Below, in pieces: positions 1-9,406 of a DNA stretch of 42,266 nucleotides. The stretch covers positions 1 through 42,266 of the forward strand of contig NZ_DATMRL010000661.1 of the NCBI RefSeq assembly GCF_035566355.1, in the 5' to 3' direction. The notes under the pieces are model-generated. The model saw only the letters and a program-made list of their open reading frames with translations, searched no databases and was not told the DNA's origin. The position numbers and the translations under genes are program-made. Every line of letters starts with the position of its first letter. Position 1 is the stretch's first letter. This DNA is from Pedobacter sp. (lineage in GTDB: Bacteria; Bacteroidota; Bacteroidia; Sphingobacteriales; Sphingobacteriaceae).

Positions 1-1
1 A

Positions 2-451
2 AGCAAACAACTTGTGCAACAACCCGTGCTGGCCACCATACTTCGCGCAGGGCTACCTATGCATAAGGGATTACTGAATATCTTCGATATGGCAGACTCT
101 GCCTTTATTACCGCCTTCAGAAAAACGCACAAAAGCGGCGATTTTGAGATCCAGATGGAATATATTTCTTCACCAGACCTCACAGACAGGACGGTGATCG
201 TTGCAGATCCTATGCTTGCTACTGGTCTGAGTATGGTGATCTGCTGCAAAGAATTACTCAACCGTTTCAGCATCAAAGAACTTCACATCGTAACTGCCAT
301 TGCCAGTGCGGAAGGTATTCGCCACGTGAGGGCCAATCTTCCCCATGCTAAACTGTGGGTGGGCGCAATAGATGAAGAGATGACAACAAAGGCCTATATC
401 GTTCCCGGTCTTGGAGATGCCGGTGACCTGGCCTATGGCCCAAAACTTTAA
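2..451 (+). CDS. upp: Uracil phosphoribosyltransferase, 5'-truncated by the window edge
   Basis: ILRAG motif, PRPP-binding VADPMLATG and C-terminal YIVPGLGDAGD; frame is open from base 2. Confidence 0.95.
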   Translation, partial: SKQLVQQPVLATILRAGLPMHKGLLNIFDMADSAFITAFRKTHKSGDFEIQMEYISSPDLTDRTVIVADPMLATGLSMVICCKELLNRFSIKELHIVTAIASAEGIRHVRANLPHAKLWVGAIDEEMTTKAYIVPGLGDAGDLAYGPKL

Positions 452-453
452 TC

Positions 454-1143
454 ATGATCAAACATATCTTTTTTGACCTGGATCATACCATCTGGGATTT
501 CGATAAAAATGCAGAAGAAACACTGAAGGAGCTCTATCAGACCTACCAGCTTCAAACACTCGGTTTAACTTCTACAGAAGAGTTCATTCAAACTTACACA
601 GAAAATAACCACCGGCTCTGGGCCGCCTACCATGTGGGCAAAATCAGCAAGGAAACCCTTAGGTCTGAAAGATTCAGCACTACCTTTATCCAGTTGGGCA
701 TACACCCTGACCATATACCGAAGCAATTTGAGGACGATTATGTCCGGATCACTCCAACCAAAACAAATTTATTTGAGGGATCAGAAAAAGTACTGTCTTA
801 CCTGCAAAAAAAATACAGCCTTCATATCATTTCCAATGGTTTCAAAGAAAGTACCCTAACCAAAATGGAGGTTTCCGCTTTGAATCCTTATTTCAAAAAT
901 GTGATCATTTCCGAAGATGTAGGCGTTAACAAGCCCGACAAGGCTATTTTTGAACATGCTTTACAAAAAGCAGAAGCACTAAAAGAAGAAAGCATTATGA
1001 TTGGCGACAGTCTGGAAGCCGACATTACCGGCGCCCAGAACTTTGGAATGAAGGCTATTTTCTTTAATCCGCTGAAGAAAGAAGCACCGGAATATGTGGA
1101 CTGGCAAATACATCACCTCGAAGAATTACTCCAGTACTTCTAA
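454..1143 (+). CDS. YjjG-family HAD pyrimidine nucleotidase
   Basis: HAD motif I FFDLDHTIWD, ISNG, KPD and MIGDSLEADI; adjacent to upp. Confidence 0.9.
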   Translation: MIKHIFFDLDHTIWDFDKNAEETLKELYQTYQLQTLGLTSTEEFIQTYTENNHRLWAAYHVGKISKETLRSERFSTTFIQLGIHPDHIPKQFEDDYVRITPTKTNLFEGSEKVLSYLQKKYSLHIISNGFKESTLTKMEVSALNPYFKNVIISEDVGVNKPDKAIFEHALQKAEALKEESIMIGDSLEADITGAQNFGMKAIFFNPLKKEAPEYVDWQIHHLEELLQYF

Positions 1144-1201
1144 AATTCTGTCAACGTGGTATGAGATTCGTAATATGGTTTCTACACACAAATGAAACCA
1201 A

Positions 1202-1915
1202 ATGAAAAAGATCATCTTATTGCTTGCTGTACTGCTGCAAACTACCGCAATTTTTGCCCAGCGAAGGGCTCAGACCTCGGAACTGTTTCTTGAAATCGCT
1301 GACCGGGGAAAATTTACCGTTTACCTGAATGAAGAATATGCCGGATCTTCCCAGGGCAGGTTCCGCTTCTTTGAAGTTTCAGACCCAAACCCAGTGCTCA
1401 CTATACTGCAGGAAAACCGACCCGTCTTTAAGCAACGCATCCGCCTGGAAGGTAATAAAAGGATTATTGCCTCTTATTCTCAAAGACGTGGATTTCAGAT
1501 CAGCTCAGCACTTGCAATATTTAACCGGGGCCAGTATCTTCTTGATGACTGGGACGGTAATCTACATGCTCAGCCCGGTTATCCTCCTGTACATCCAGGC
1601 TATCCTGACCAGGGTTATGCCATGAACCCGGAAGATTTTACGCAATTCATGAACTCTGTGCATGCAGAACACTTCGACAAAGACAGGATCAGGATTATAG
1701 ACATCGCCCTGAAAAACAATTATTTCAGCACCAAACAGGTTGGAGAAATCATTCGCTCCCTGGATTTTGAAGATCAGGGACTGGACATTGCAAAAAGAGC
1801 CTACAGCGTAACTGTAGACAAGAACAATTATTATACTTTAAAAAACAGCTTCAAATTCCTCAGCGGACAGAATGGCTTGATGGACTTTTTAAAGAATGCA
1901 CCCTCAAACCGTTAA
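1202..1915 (+). CDS. Secreted DUF4476-like domain protein
   Basis: Signal peptide MKKIILLLAVLLQTTAIFAQ, PGYP-rich linker, C-terminal helical domain (AMNPEDF...FDKDRI...LDIAKRAY...VDKNNY) resembling DUF4476. Confidence 0.7.
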   Translation: MKKIILLLAVLLQTTAIFAQRRAQTSELFLEIADRGKFTVYLNEEYAGSSQGRFRFFEVSDPNPVLTILQENRPVFKQRIRLEGNKRIIASYSQRRGFQISSALAIFNRGQYLLDDWDGNLHAQPGYPPVHPGYPDQGYAMNPEDFTQFMNSVHAEHFDKDRIRIIDIALKNNYFSTKQVGEIIRSLDFEDQGLDIAKRAYSVTVDKNNYYTLKNSFKFLSGQNGLMDFLKNAPSNR

Positions 1916-1916
1916 A

Positions 1917-2432
1917 ATGAATACAACCACCATTTTCTCTTCCCTGCAAAGGATTACAGATGCTTATAACGACAAGCTGCAGAGCATCAGTGATGTCCAG
2001 TTCCAGACCAGCCCCCCCATCGGCGGCTGGTCTTACAGTGAAGTATATGCACATATTTTTGACGCAAGCCTCTTGTCACTGCATGCTATGGAAGATTGTT
2101 TAAACGGAAAAGGAAAGGATAAGCCGACTGCGTTTGCAGTAAAGCTTATTCTTTTCTTTGGCGCTTTGCCTCCTGGACGGTACAAAATCCCTAAACAACT
2201 GGAGGGCAGGGCAAAAGTCATCACCAAAAAAGAAGCACAAGACCTGATCGGCCAATTTAAAAAACAACTGGAAGCCGATTACAAACAAATCCCCAGGGCC
2301 AGGGACAATGTTAAATCCAAACACCCGCGGCTGGGTTACCTCAATGCCCGGCAATGGTTCCGCTTTACTGAGGTTCATTTAAAGCACCATTTAAAACAAT
2401 TGCACAGGATCGAGAAAAGCTTCGCCCAATAA
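1917..2432 (+). CDS. DinB/DUF1569-like four-helix protein
   Basis: GWSYSEVYAHI, HPRLGYL and HLKHHLKQL His motifs; ATG at 1917 directly follows the upstream stop. Confidence 0.8.
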   Translation: MNTTTIFSSLQRITDAYNDKLQSISDVQFQTSPPIGGWSYSEVYAHIFDASLLSLHAMEDCLNGKGKDKPTAFAVKLILFFGALPPGRYKIPKQLEGRAKVITKKEAQDLIGQFKKQLEADYKQIPRARDNVKSKHPRLGYLNARQWFRFTEVHLKHHLKQLHRIEKSFAQ

Positions 2433-2457
2433 CCGCAATTTTCACATCTTTGCAAGA

Positions 2458-3777
2458 ATGAGAATCCCCGGACTTAAAGGTTTTGATGAAGCCGCATTTA
2501 GCAAGTATTTCAAAAACACCAGCTGGCTGATGTTTGGCAAAATACTCAGTATGCTGGTGAGTTTCCTGATTGTACGTTATTTAGGCCCCGTATCCTTTGG
2601 AGACCTGAGTTTTGCAGATGCCCTAACTGCAATTGTTGCAGCGGTGGGTACGCTGGGGCTCGACTCCTTTATCATTCGGGAAATTATTAACCAACCTGAA
2701 AAAAGAGATGAAATTCTGGGCACTTCACTCTGGTTGCGTATCGGGGTCAATGTTATCCTTATTCCGCTCAGCATTGGTCTTTACCTGGTCTTCCACCATT
2801 TTTCAGCTCAACCCGGCAAACCCCTGACGGCTATTGTGGCCTTACTTTCCCTGGCTTCTTTTTTCAAGTCTTTTAATGTCATAGACTCTTACTTTCAATC
2901 CCAGGTTCAGTCCAAATATGTAGTGCATGTACAAAACATTTGCGTGGTCCTTTCCGCACTGGTTAAAATTTTTCTGGTATGGATAAAGGCGCCTGTGATC
3001 TGGTTTGCTGCAGCCTTAACATTTGACGGTTTCATTCTCGCTATAGGATTGGTTTTAATCTATCGTCAAAGGGGTTTAAAAATCACGACATGGACATTTC
3101 GTTACGAACGCGCATTATCTTTATTAAAACAATCCTTTCCATTGATTTTAACAGCAGTAATGGTTACAATCTATATGAAAATCGACCAGGTCATGCTTAA
3201 AAGTGAGGGCAGTGGTGAAGTTGGGATTTACAGTGCAGCGGCAAAAATAAGCGAGGCCTGGTATTTTATTCCCATGGCCATTGTCACTTCTGTTTTTCCA
3301 GCATTGATTCTTGCCCGAAAAACAGATCCGGAAAGATACCATAAACGCCTCAACAATCTGTATGACCTGCTGGTCTTCATCAGTCTGCCAGTGGCTATTG
3401 TAATCAGTTTTCTTGGAACAGATATCATCCACCTGCTCTACGGGAACCGTTTTATCGGAGCAGGCACCATGCTGAGCATCCATATCTGGTCTGGCATATT
3501 CGTATTTTTTGGAGTTGCCAGTTCCCAATACCTAATCAATGAAGGATTCACTATGATCTCCTTTCAGAGAACAGCCGCAGGTGCCATCATCAATATCGCG
3601 CTGAACTTTTGGCTGATTCCGCATTACGGGGGTATCGGTGCTTCAATAGCGACGTTGATTGCCTGCGTGGTCTCTACTTTTTATATTTTATTCATTCCTA
3701 AAACAAGACAGCAGGGTATAATGATGTTAAAATCATTATTTTTGATCTCTGCATTTCAAAAAATAATAAAACGTTGA
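2458..3777 (+). CDS. wzx: Wzx-type oligosaccharide flippase (MOP family)
   Basis: Many TM segments; RYLGP..FG, MKIDQVML, VGIYSAA and LIPHYGGIGASIAT flippase motifs. Confidence 0.9.
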   Translation: MRIPGLKGFDEAAFSKYFKNTSWLMFGKILSMLVSFLIVRYLGPVSFGDLSFADALTAIVAAVGTLGLDSFIIREIINQPEKRDEILGTSLWLRIGVNVILIPLSIGLYLVFHHFSAQPGKPLTAIVALLSLASFFKSFNVIDSYFQSQVQSKYVVHVQNICVVLSALVKIFLVWIKAPVIWFAAALTFDGFILAIGLVLIYRQRGLKITTWTFRYERALSLLKQSFPLILTAVMVTIYMKIDQVMLKSEGSGEVGIYSAAAKISEAWYFIPMAIVTSVFPALILARKTDPERYHKRLNNLYDLLVFISLPVAIVISFLGTDIIHLLYGNRFIGAGTMLSIHIWSGIFVFFGVASSQYLINEGFTMISFQRTAAGAIINIALNFWLIPHYGGIGASIATLIACVVSTFYILFIPKTRQQGIMMLKSLFLISAFQKIIKR

Positions 3778-4421
3778 GTAAACTTAAAGCATTAGCTACC
3801 CTACTTTCTAAGCCCGACCGGCTCGCCGCTCTATTATCTTATGGCCATAAAGGTTACCTTACCAGTATTGGTTGGTTTAGGGCGTTTGATACCAAACAAG
3901 CCGTTGATGGCAAAGGTGAAGCCCTTCCATGGGTAACTTATTCCTTTATTGACTTTATTACCAGCAGGCTGAACAAATCTCAAACGGTATTTGAATATGG
4001 TTCGGGGAGCTCAACACTGTTCTATGCACAACGTGTAGGTAAAGTGGTATCCGTAGAGCATGACGAAAGCTGGTATCATAAAATTGCAGGCACCAAACCT
4101 CAAAATGCCGAAATGATCTTTACCAAGCTGGAAAGAGGCGGAGAATACAGTAAAAAAGCCAGACTCCTGGGCACAAAGTTCGACATTATTATTGTAGACG
4201 GACGCGACCGGGTGAACTGCTGCATAGAAAGCATACAGGCCCTTAGCCCTTCCGGAGTAATTGTTCTTGACGACTCTGAACGTCCGGAATACGAACAAGC
4301 CCGGAGCTTTCTGAAAGAAAATCAGTTCAAAGAACTTTCTTTCTCTGGTATCTCGCCAGGACTGTTCTACCTGAAAGCGACCTCTGTTTTTTACCGTACC
4401 GAAAACTGTTTGGATATCTAG
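3774..4421 (+). CDS. Class I SAM-dependent methyltransferase (FkbM/Methyltransf_24-like)
   Basis: VFEYGSGSST motif I, VSVEHD, FDIIIVDG and VIVLDD; TTG start overlaps the wzx stop. Confidence 0.8.
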   Translation: MSKLKALATLLSKPDRLAALLSYGHKGYLTSIGWFRAFDTKQAVDGKGEALPWVTYSFIDFITSRLNKSQTVFEYGSGSSTLFYAQRVGKVVSVEHDESWYHKIAGTKPQNAEMIFTKLERGGEYSKKARLLGTKFDIIIVDGRDRVNCCIESIQALSPSGVIVLDDSERPEYEQARSFLKENQFKELSFSGISPGLFYLKATSVFYRTENCLDI

Positions 4422-4424
4422 AAA

Positions 4425-5324
4425 ATGCAGCATCTCGCCCCCATAGCCCTGTTTGTTTACAACCGGCCTAAGCATACAGAACGTACGCTTAAGTTTTTGC
4501 AGCAGAATGAGCTGGCCGCAGAAAGCCGGCTGTTTATTTTTTCTGACGGACCCAAAACTCCCTCAGATCAGGAAAAGGTACAAGAGCTAAGGGATTTTCT
4601 AAAAACTGTCGACGGTTTCCGTTCCGTAGAGATCATCGAACGGAAAGAGAATATGGGCCTGGCCAATTCAATAATCGCCGGAGTAAGCCGGCTGGTTAAA
4701 GACTACGGACAAATCATTGTCTTTGAAGATGACCTGATCAGCTCTCCGCATACCCTCACTTATTTTAACGAAGCACTCAACCTATACAGAAAAGAAGAAA
4801 AGGTGATGCATATTGGTGCTTACATGTATCCTTTAAAGGATAAGCAATTACCGGAATCTTTCTTTTACCGTGCTGCAACCAGCTGGGGCTGGGCAACCTG
4901 GGAGCGGGCCTGGCAACATTTCGAACCCAATATCGATGTACTGCTGAAGCAATTTGACGCCCCTAAAAGAAATGCCTTCTCCATTGAGAAGACCATGAAT
5001 TTCTGGAAGCAAATGCAGGACTTTAAAAAGGGCAGAAATAATTCATGGGCTATCCGCTGGTATGCATCAATCTTCCTGAAAGGTGGCTTAACTTTAAATC
5101 CTGCACAATCCCTGGTCAACAATATAGGACATGACGGCTCTGGCATCCATTCCGGCATCAACGACATCTATAATGTGGTGATCAATCCAAAACCGGTAAA
5201 AGCCTTTCCAACAGAGATCAAAGAGAACCCGGAAGCTTATGAAGCCATTAAATATTTCCTCTCTAATAGAAAAGGAAGTCTATGGCAGCGCATTAAACGA
5301 CTGATCAAAGAAAAGCTGGGCTGA
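4425..5324 (+). CDS. GT-A fold glycosyltransferase (GT2-like)
   Basis: PIALFVYNRP, IFSDG, IVFEDD (DxD-like), SWGWATW and NIGHDGSG. Confidence 0.85.
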   Translation: MQHLAPIALFVYNRPKHTERTLKFLQQNELAAESRLFIFSDGPKTPSDQEKVQELRDFLKTVDGFRSVEIIERKENMGLANSIIAGVSRLVKDYGQIIVFEDDLISSPHTLTYFNEALNLYRKEEKVMHIGAYMYPLKDKQLPESFFYRAATSWGWATWERAWQHFEPNIDVLLKQFDAPKRNAFSIEKTMNFWKQMQDFKKGRNNSWAIRWYASIFLKGGLTLNPAQSLVNNIGHDGSGIHSGINDIYNVVINPKPVKAFPTEIKENPEAYEAIKYFLSNRKGSLWQRIKRLIKEKLG

Positions 5325-5365
5325 TTTGCTTTTTAAGCATTTATCTACCCACAACTACTCCGGAA

Positions 5366-6124
5366 CTATAAAATCCCGCTTTTTTTCGCCTGCAAAACAA
5401 TATAAGGAGAAAGCTGTCTGGAGTTAAAAGGAAAGACCTTTGTAAGCACCTTCCCACCTGTCCAAAGTATTTTTTTAAACATTCGGACAGCGAATGATCT
5501 TTGTTTTTCATTTTCAAGCCATAAGCTAAAATGGCCATAATATGCCGATTCTACCTGTTCCAGCCCAGCAGCCCGGCAAATACCGGCCAACAATTCCGGG
5601 TCCATGCAGTCAATATTATGTTTATCGTAATTGTCTTTGTCAAATTTCCTTTGAAACCATCCATTCACAGCGTTGAAATTAGGCAAGGTAATAAACAAGG
5701 TCCCTCCTGGCTTTAAAAAAGCAATATGCCGGTTAACGATATCAGCCGTATCTTTAAAATGTTCAATCAGTCCGCAGGATAAAACAAGATCGTATTTTTG
5801 TTCAGGGACGTATTTAAACAGATCGGTTTCAATGATATGGATATCGCTTTCCTCCAGTCCGTTACTCTGCAACAACTCATTGGTAATGGGTGGATGAACA
5901 AAATAATCCAGTAAGGTCACCTCTAAATGAAGATATTTCTTCAAAAAAACTGCATAATAACCCGGGAAACCGCCCAGTTCAATCGCACTTTTTAAGCCTT
6001 GCTTTTGCACAACGTCCTTAAGCTCTTTGCTAAATAAATAATTTTCAGGAATATTAACAGAGAGATCTGTCTTGCTTTCCCAATAATTCACCCAAAATTC
6101 TCTGTCTGTTAACAGGTTGTTCAT
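5366..6124 (-). CDS. Class I SAM-dependent methyltransferase
   Basis: IELGGFPG motif I, YDLVLSCGLIEHF and LKPGG. Confidence 0.85.
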   Translation of the reverse strand: MNNLLTDREFWVNYWESKTDLSVNIPENYLFSKELKDVVQKQGLKSAIELGGFPGYYAVFLKKYLHLEVTLLDYFVHPPITNELLQSNGLEESDIHIIETDLFKYVPEQKYDLVLSCGLIEHFKDTADIVNRHIAFLKPGGTLFITLPNFNAVNGWFQRKFDKDNYDKHNIDCMDPELLAGICRAAGLEQVESAYYGHFSLWLENEKQRSFAVRMFKKILWTGGKVLTKVFPFNSRQLSPYIVLQAKKSGIL

Positions 6125-6218
6125 CAGTATATAATTTTTTTAACGGTTATGATTTATCATATGCGACCAAAATTTTCCGCAGCACGCCCATTTTCACTCC
6201 CTCATCTTCGCGGTTCAG

Positions 6219-6226
6219 CAAATGTA
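6219..6226 (-). promoter_or_regulatory. Bacteroidota sigma-A -7 box (TACATTTG) upstream of the methyltransferase
   Basis: Exact TAnnTTTG match on the minus strand about 95 nt upstream of the ATG at 6124. Confidence 0.5.
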
Positions 6227-6291
6227 TCAGTAATATTTTTTTCAAGGGTCTAAATATACTGATATTTAGATTTAAGTTACCGGAACCAGCA

Positions 6292-7833
6292 CTATTCGAT
6301 TTTCTCCAACCTTACCCGGAGTTCTTCACCAAGTTCGCTCATTTCTGTCATGATTGCAGTGATCTCCCGTTGATACTGCTTATTCCCTGCCTCTGTTTGC
6401 TTGTACATTAAACTGGCCAGCAGGTATCCTTTTTCTGCCATTTTCGAATTGTAGCGCCGCCGTAACTGATATTTTTCATCCAGTACCAACTGCTCCATTT
6501 GTTTAACAATGTGCTGATTCGCCTTCCATTTATCCAGACCGGAAGATTGAATGATCTGAAGTTTCTGCACCTTCGGAAAAGATCGTTCGATATAATATAC
6601 CTGGTTAAAAGCCCTTGAGTTCTCCAAAAAATCACCCTGGAGTTTTTCAAATTCTTTCTGCTGGTAGTTTGGCATCCATAAAATAGACAACCCTGCAGTC
6701 AGAACAACAAGTAAAATTGAAACCATATAACGAACAGCAACAGGCATCCCCACGCGAAACGGCCGTTCATTATACAAAAGATAACAAATCACAAAGCCAG
6801 AAATCAGTCCTCCAATATGTGCTGCATTATCCACCCGACGAGTGAATGCACCATTAATCAACATATAAGCCACCAGGATGGCCGTACTTATAAACAAGGC
6901 TTTATTCGCATTTTTTTCGAAAGCTTTGCAAAGCATGAGTGCCAGGAGTGCGCCAAACATTCCTAAAATAGGCCCCGATGCACCCCCCATTATTCCGGTC
7001 GTATGCATGCCTACGCTCAAAATTCCACCACAGACACCACTCAAAATATAAACAACCAATGTCTTTGTACTTCCCAGTTTAGGCTCTACCATCAAGCCGA
7101 TATAAATCAGCGCATACATATTAAAAAAAAGATGAAAGAAGGAAAAATGCATAAATTGTTGCGTAAGCAGCCGCCACCATTCTCCCTTAAGCACCAGAGC
7201 TCTGGAATTAGCCCCCAGTTTCAGGTATAAACTCTGCAATTGAAAAACGTCACCCTGCTGTCCCAGTTTCCCACGGATGTATAGTACAATTGCAATATTC
7301 AAAAAGACGACACAGAATAACCAGAAAAAGATATTGATCAATACAATCACCGGAGTAACCCGATATCCTTTCTGCGGATAGAACAAATACAAAACATTTT
7401 TGATCTTATCCTTATTGACCAGTGGTGCCCTTTCAAAATAAGAATCATCCTGCGTAGCCTTCAATTGCTCAAAAACATCAATTTCCTGTTCCCAAATGCC
7501 TTCCAGATGATATTCAACATATTCAAACTCATTGAAGAAGCGCTCCATATTCTGCTCGTTTTTCCCGTAATCGGTAAACAGCATCTGCACGCCTATGCAC
7601 TCGCTTTTGAACAGCGCAAAATTTGAATTTATCCGTATAGATACCTCCTCACTATAAGATTGAAAAGAGATATTGGTATAAGCGATAATTCCTGTTGCAG
7701 AAACATGGCTCAGCTTCCAGCCGAGATTTTCAATCACACGCGTAGCGATAATCAAATACCTGTCTGCAGAAAAACTACCGAGCGGTATAAATTTCTCCAC
7801 TTTCGGAGAATAACCCCACTTCCAGGCACCCAT
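6292..7833 (-). CDS. Rhomboid family intramembrane serine protease with N- and C-terminal extensions
   Basis: EWWRLLT..FMH, HLFFNM, catalytic GASG and DNAAHIGG. Confidence 0.92.
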   Translation of the reverse strand: MGAWKWGYSPKVEKFIPLGSFSADRYLIIATRVIENLGWKLSHVSATGIIAYTNISFQSYSEEVSIRINSNFALFKSECIGVQMLFTDYGKNEQNMERFFNEFEYVEYHLEGIWEQEIDVFEQLKATQDDSYFERAPLVNKDKIKNVLYLFYPQKGYRVTPVIVLINIFFWLFCVVFLNIAIVLYIRGKLGQQGDVFQLQSLYLKLGANSRALVLKGEWWRLLTQQFMHFSFFHLFFNMYALIYIGLMVEPKLGSTKTLVVYILSGVCGGILSVGMHTTGIMGGASGPILGMFGALLALMLCKAFEKNANKALFISTAILVAYMLINGAFTRRVDNAAHIGGLISGFVICYLLYNERPFRVGMPVAVRYMVSILLVVLTAGLSILWMPNYQQKEFEKLQGDFLENSRAFNQVYYIERSFPKVQKLQIIQSSGLDKWKANQHIVKQMEQLVLDEKYQLRRRYNSKMAEKGYLLASLMYKQTEAGNKQYQREITAIMTEMSELGEELRVRLEKIE

Positions 7834-8108
7834 CAGTTCTGAACAGAAAAAAAGCCCCTAAGAGGCGCAACAATAACATTCATAGACAAAAACTATAAAT
7901 TAAAATATTCCCATTAAAATAAACAATAATTCATCTGAACAGTCAGATTTCTATTTGGAAAGAAAACTCATCAGAAGTTTCCCTGAACCGAGCGTTATTG
8001 TATTATCAGAATTGAAATTACACAACAATTTGAAGAAAACTAAGCAATATTATGTATTTTTCGCCCGGAAGCTATTTTTTAACCATGTTCAGCATACGCG
8101 GGCAGTTT

Positions 8109-8116
8109 TATCTTTG
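8109..8116 (+). promoter_or_regulatory. -7 box TATCTTTG upstream of the GT4 gene
   Basis: Exact TAnnTTTG match 6 nt before TTG 8123. Confidence 0.55.
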
Positions 8117-8122
8117 GGGCAA

Positions 8123-9394
8123 TTGAAAGTATTACATATAAACACTTACGAAGGAAATGGAGGCGCAGGCAGGGCATGCCTGAGGTTAAGTGACGCTTTA
8201 AATACAGCTGGTGTCCAATCTGAGGTCATGGTCTATTTTCAGTTCAATGAAAGCACTAAAACGAAAACTTTTAGTAAATCGCCCCTGCAAAAGGCCATTG
8301 CCATATTTAACATCCTTTCAGAACGGTACCTTTCTAAATTCTTTTCCAAAGCCTTAAAAACCCCGTTCTCGCTGCAGTGGTTTGGACGGTCTATTGTGAG
8401 AAACCGGATATTAAAAGAGGCAGACATCATCCACCTGCACTGGATCAACCATGGCTTTCTCACACCAAAGCTGCTTGCACAAATCGACGACCTGGACAAA
8501 CCAATTGTGTGGACTTTTCATGACAGCAATGCTTTCACAGGAGGCTGCCATGTACGATATGCCTGCGAAAACTACCACCAGCAATGCGGTCATTGCCCCT
8601 TGCTAAAATTTAGCGGAGAAAATGATTTTTCCCATAAGAACTGGCTCCGCAAGAAGAAAGCCTATTCGAACCTGAACTATCATGTTGTAGCGCCCAGTAA
8701 CTGGATGGCCGAATCTGTAAGAATCAGTAGTTTAATGGGGGCAAGACCTATAGACGTTATACCAAACACCATAGAAACAACCATCTTTAAGCCCTATGTT
8801 AAAACAGAAGCGAAAAAGATCTTAAAAATTGCCCCCGAAAAATTCGTTTTAATGAGTGGTTTTATGCCCTCTAAAAATGACAAACACAAAGGCACCTCTT
8901 ACCTGGTAGAGGCATTAAACAGCTTTTCTAAAAGACCAGGTATTCGTAAAGAAGATATCGAACTGGTGATTTTTGGGAATAAGGAAAATGCAGAAATGCC
9001 TGAATTCCCGTTTAAAACCACTTTTTTAGGTACCATTAGTAACGATGAGCACCTGGCAAAATGTTATTCTGCAGCAGATGCCTTCCTTACACCCTCACTT
9101 GAAGACAACCTTCCCAATACAGTTATGGAAAGTCTTTCCTGTGCAACACCCGTTATTGCTTTTAAAACGGGCGGTATCCCGGATATGGTGAAACATCTGG
9201 AGAACGGCTATCTCGCCGACTATCAATCTTCAGAAGACCTGGCCAACGGCATGGAGTGGTTGTACCTCCACAAAAATCAGGAAGAAATTCAAAAAGAGGC
9301 ACGCAGAACAATTCTGACGCAGTTTTCTCCAGCCGTTATTGCCGAAAAACACTTACTTTTGTACCAATCTCTTATCAATTTACAGCCGCGCTGA
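8123..9394 (+). CDS. GT4 family glycosyltransferase (WcaC-like)
   Basis: MKVLHINTY..GGAGRA N-terminus, IIHLHW, WTFHD..FTGGCH and EDNLPNTVMES; start placed at TTG 8123 rather than 7955. Confidence 0.9.
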   Translation: MKVLHINTYEGNGGAGRACLRLSDALNTAGVQSEVMVYFQFNESTKTKTFSKSPLQKAIAIFNILSERYLSKFFSKALKTPFSLQWFGRSIVRNRILKEADIIHLHWINHGFLTPKLLAQIDDLDKPIVWTFHDSNAFTGGCHVRYACENYHQQCGHCPLLKFSGENDFSHKNWLRKKKAYSNLNYHVVAPSNWMAESVRISSLMGARPIDVIPNTIETTIFKPYVKTEAKKILKIAPEKFVLMSGFMPSKNDKHKGTSYLVEALNSFSKRPGIRKEDIELVIFGNKENAEMPEFPFKTTFLGTISNDEHLAKCYSAADAFLTPSLEDNLPNTVMESLSCATPVIAFKTGGIPDMVKHLENGYLADYQSSEDLANGMEWLYLHKNQEEIQKEARRTILTQFSPAVIAEKHLLLYQSLINLQPR

Positions 9395-9406
9395 TCTAAA
9401 ACCTGC

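Noticed and set aside
1565-1620. PGYP repeats in the DUF4476-like protein
   Set aside because: Ordinary low-complexity interdomain linker; not a DNA-level tandem array.
7836-7992. Three CTGAAC(A/C)G occurrences in the rhomboid-GT4 intergenic region
   Set aside because: Short, irregularly spaced and not distinguishable from chance without comparative data.
7955-8122. 56-codon N-terminal extension of the GT4 ORF
   Set aside because: The family-like sequence begins at MKVLHINTY (TTG 8123), and a -7 promoter box lies inside the extension.
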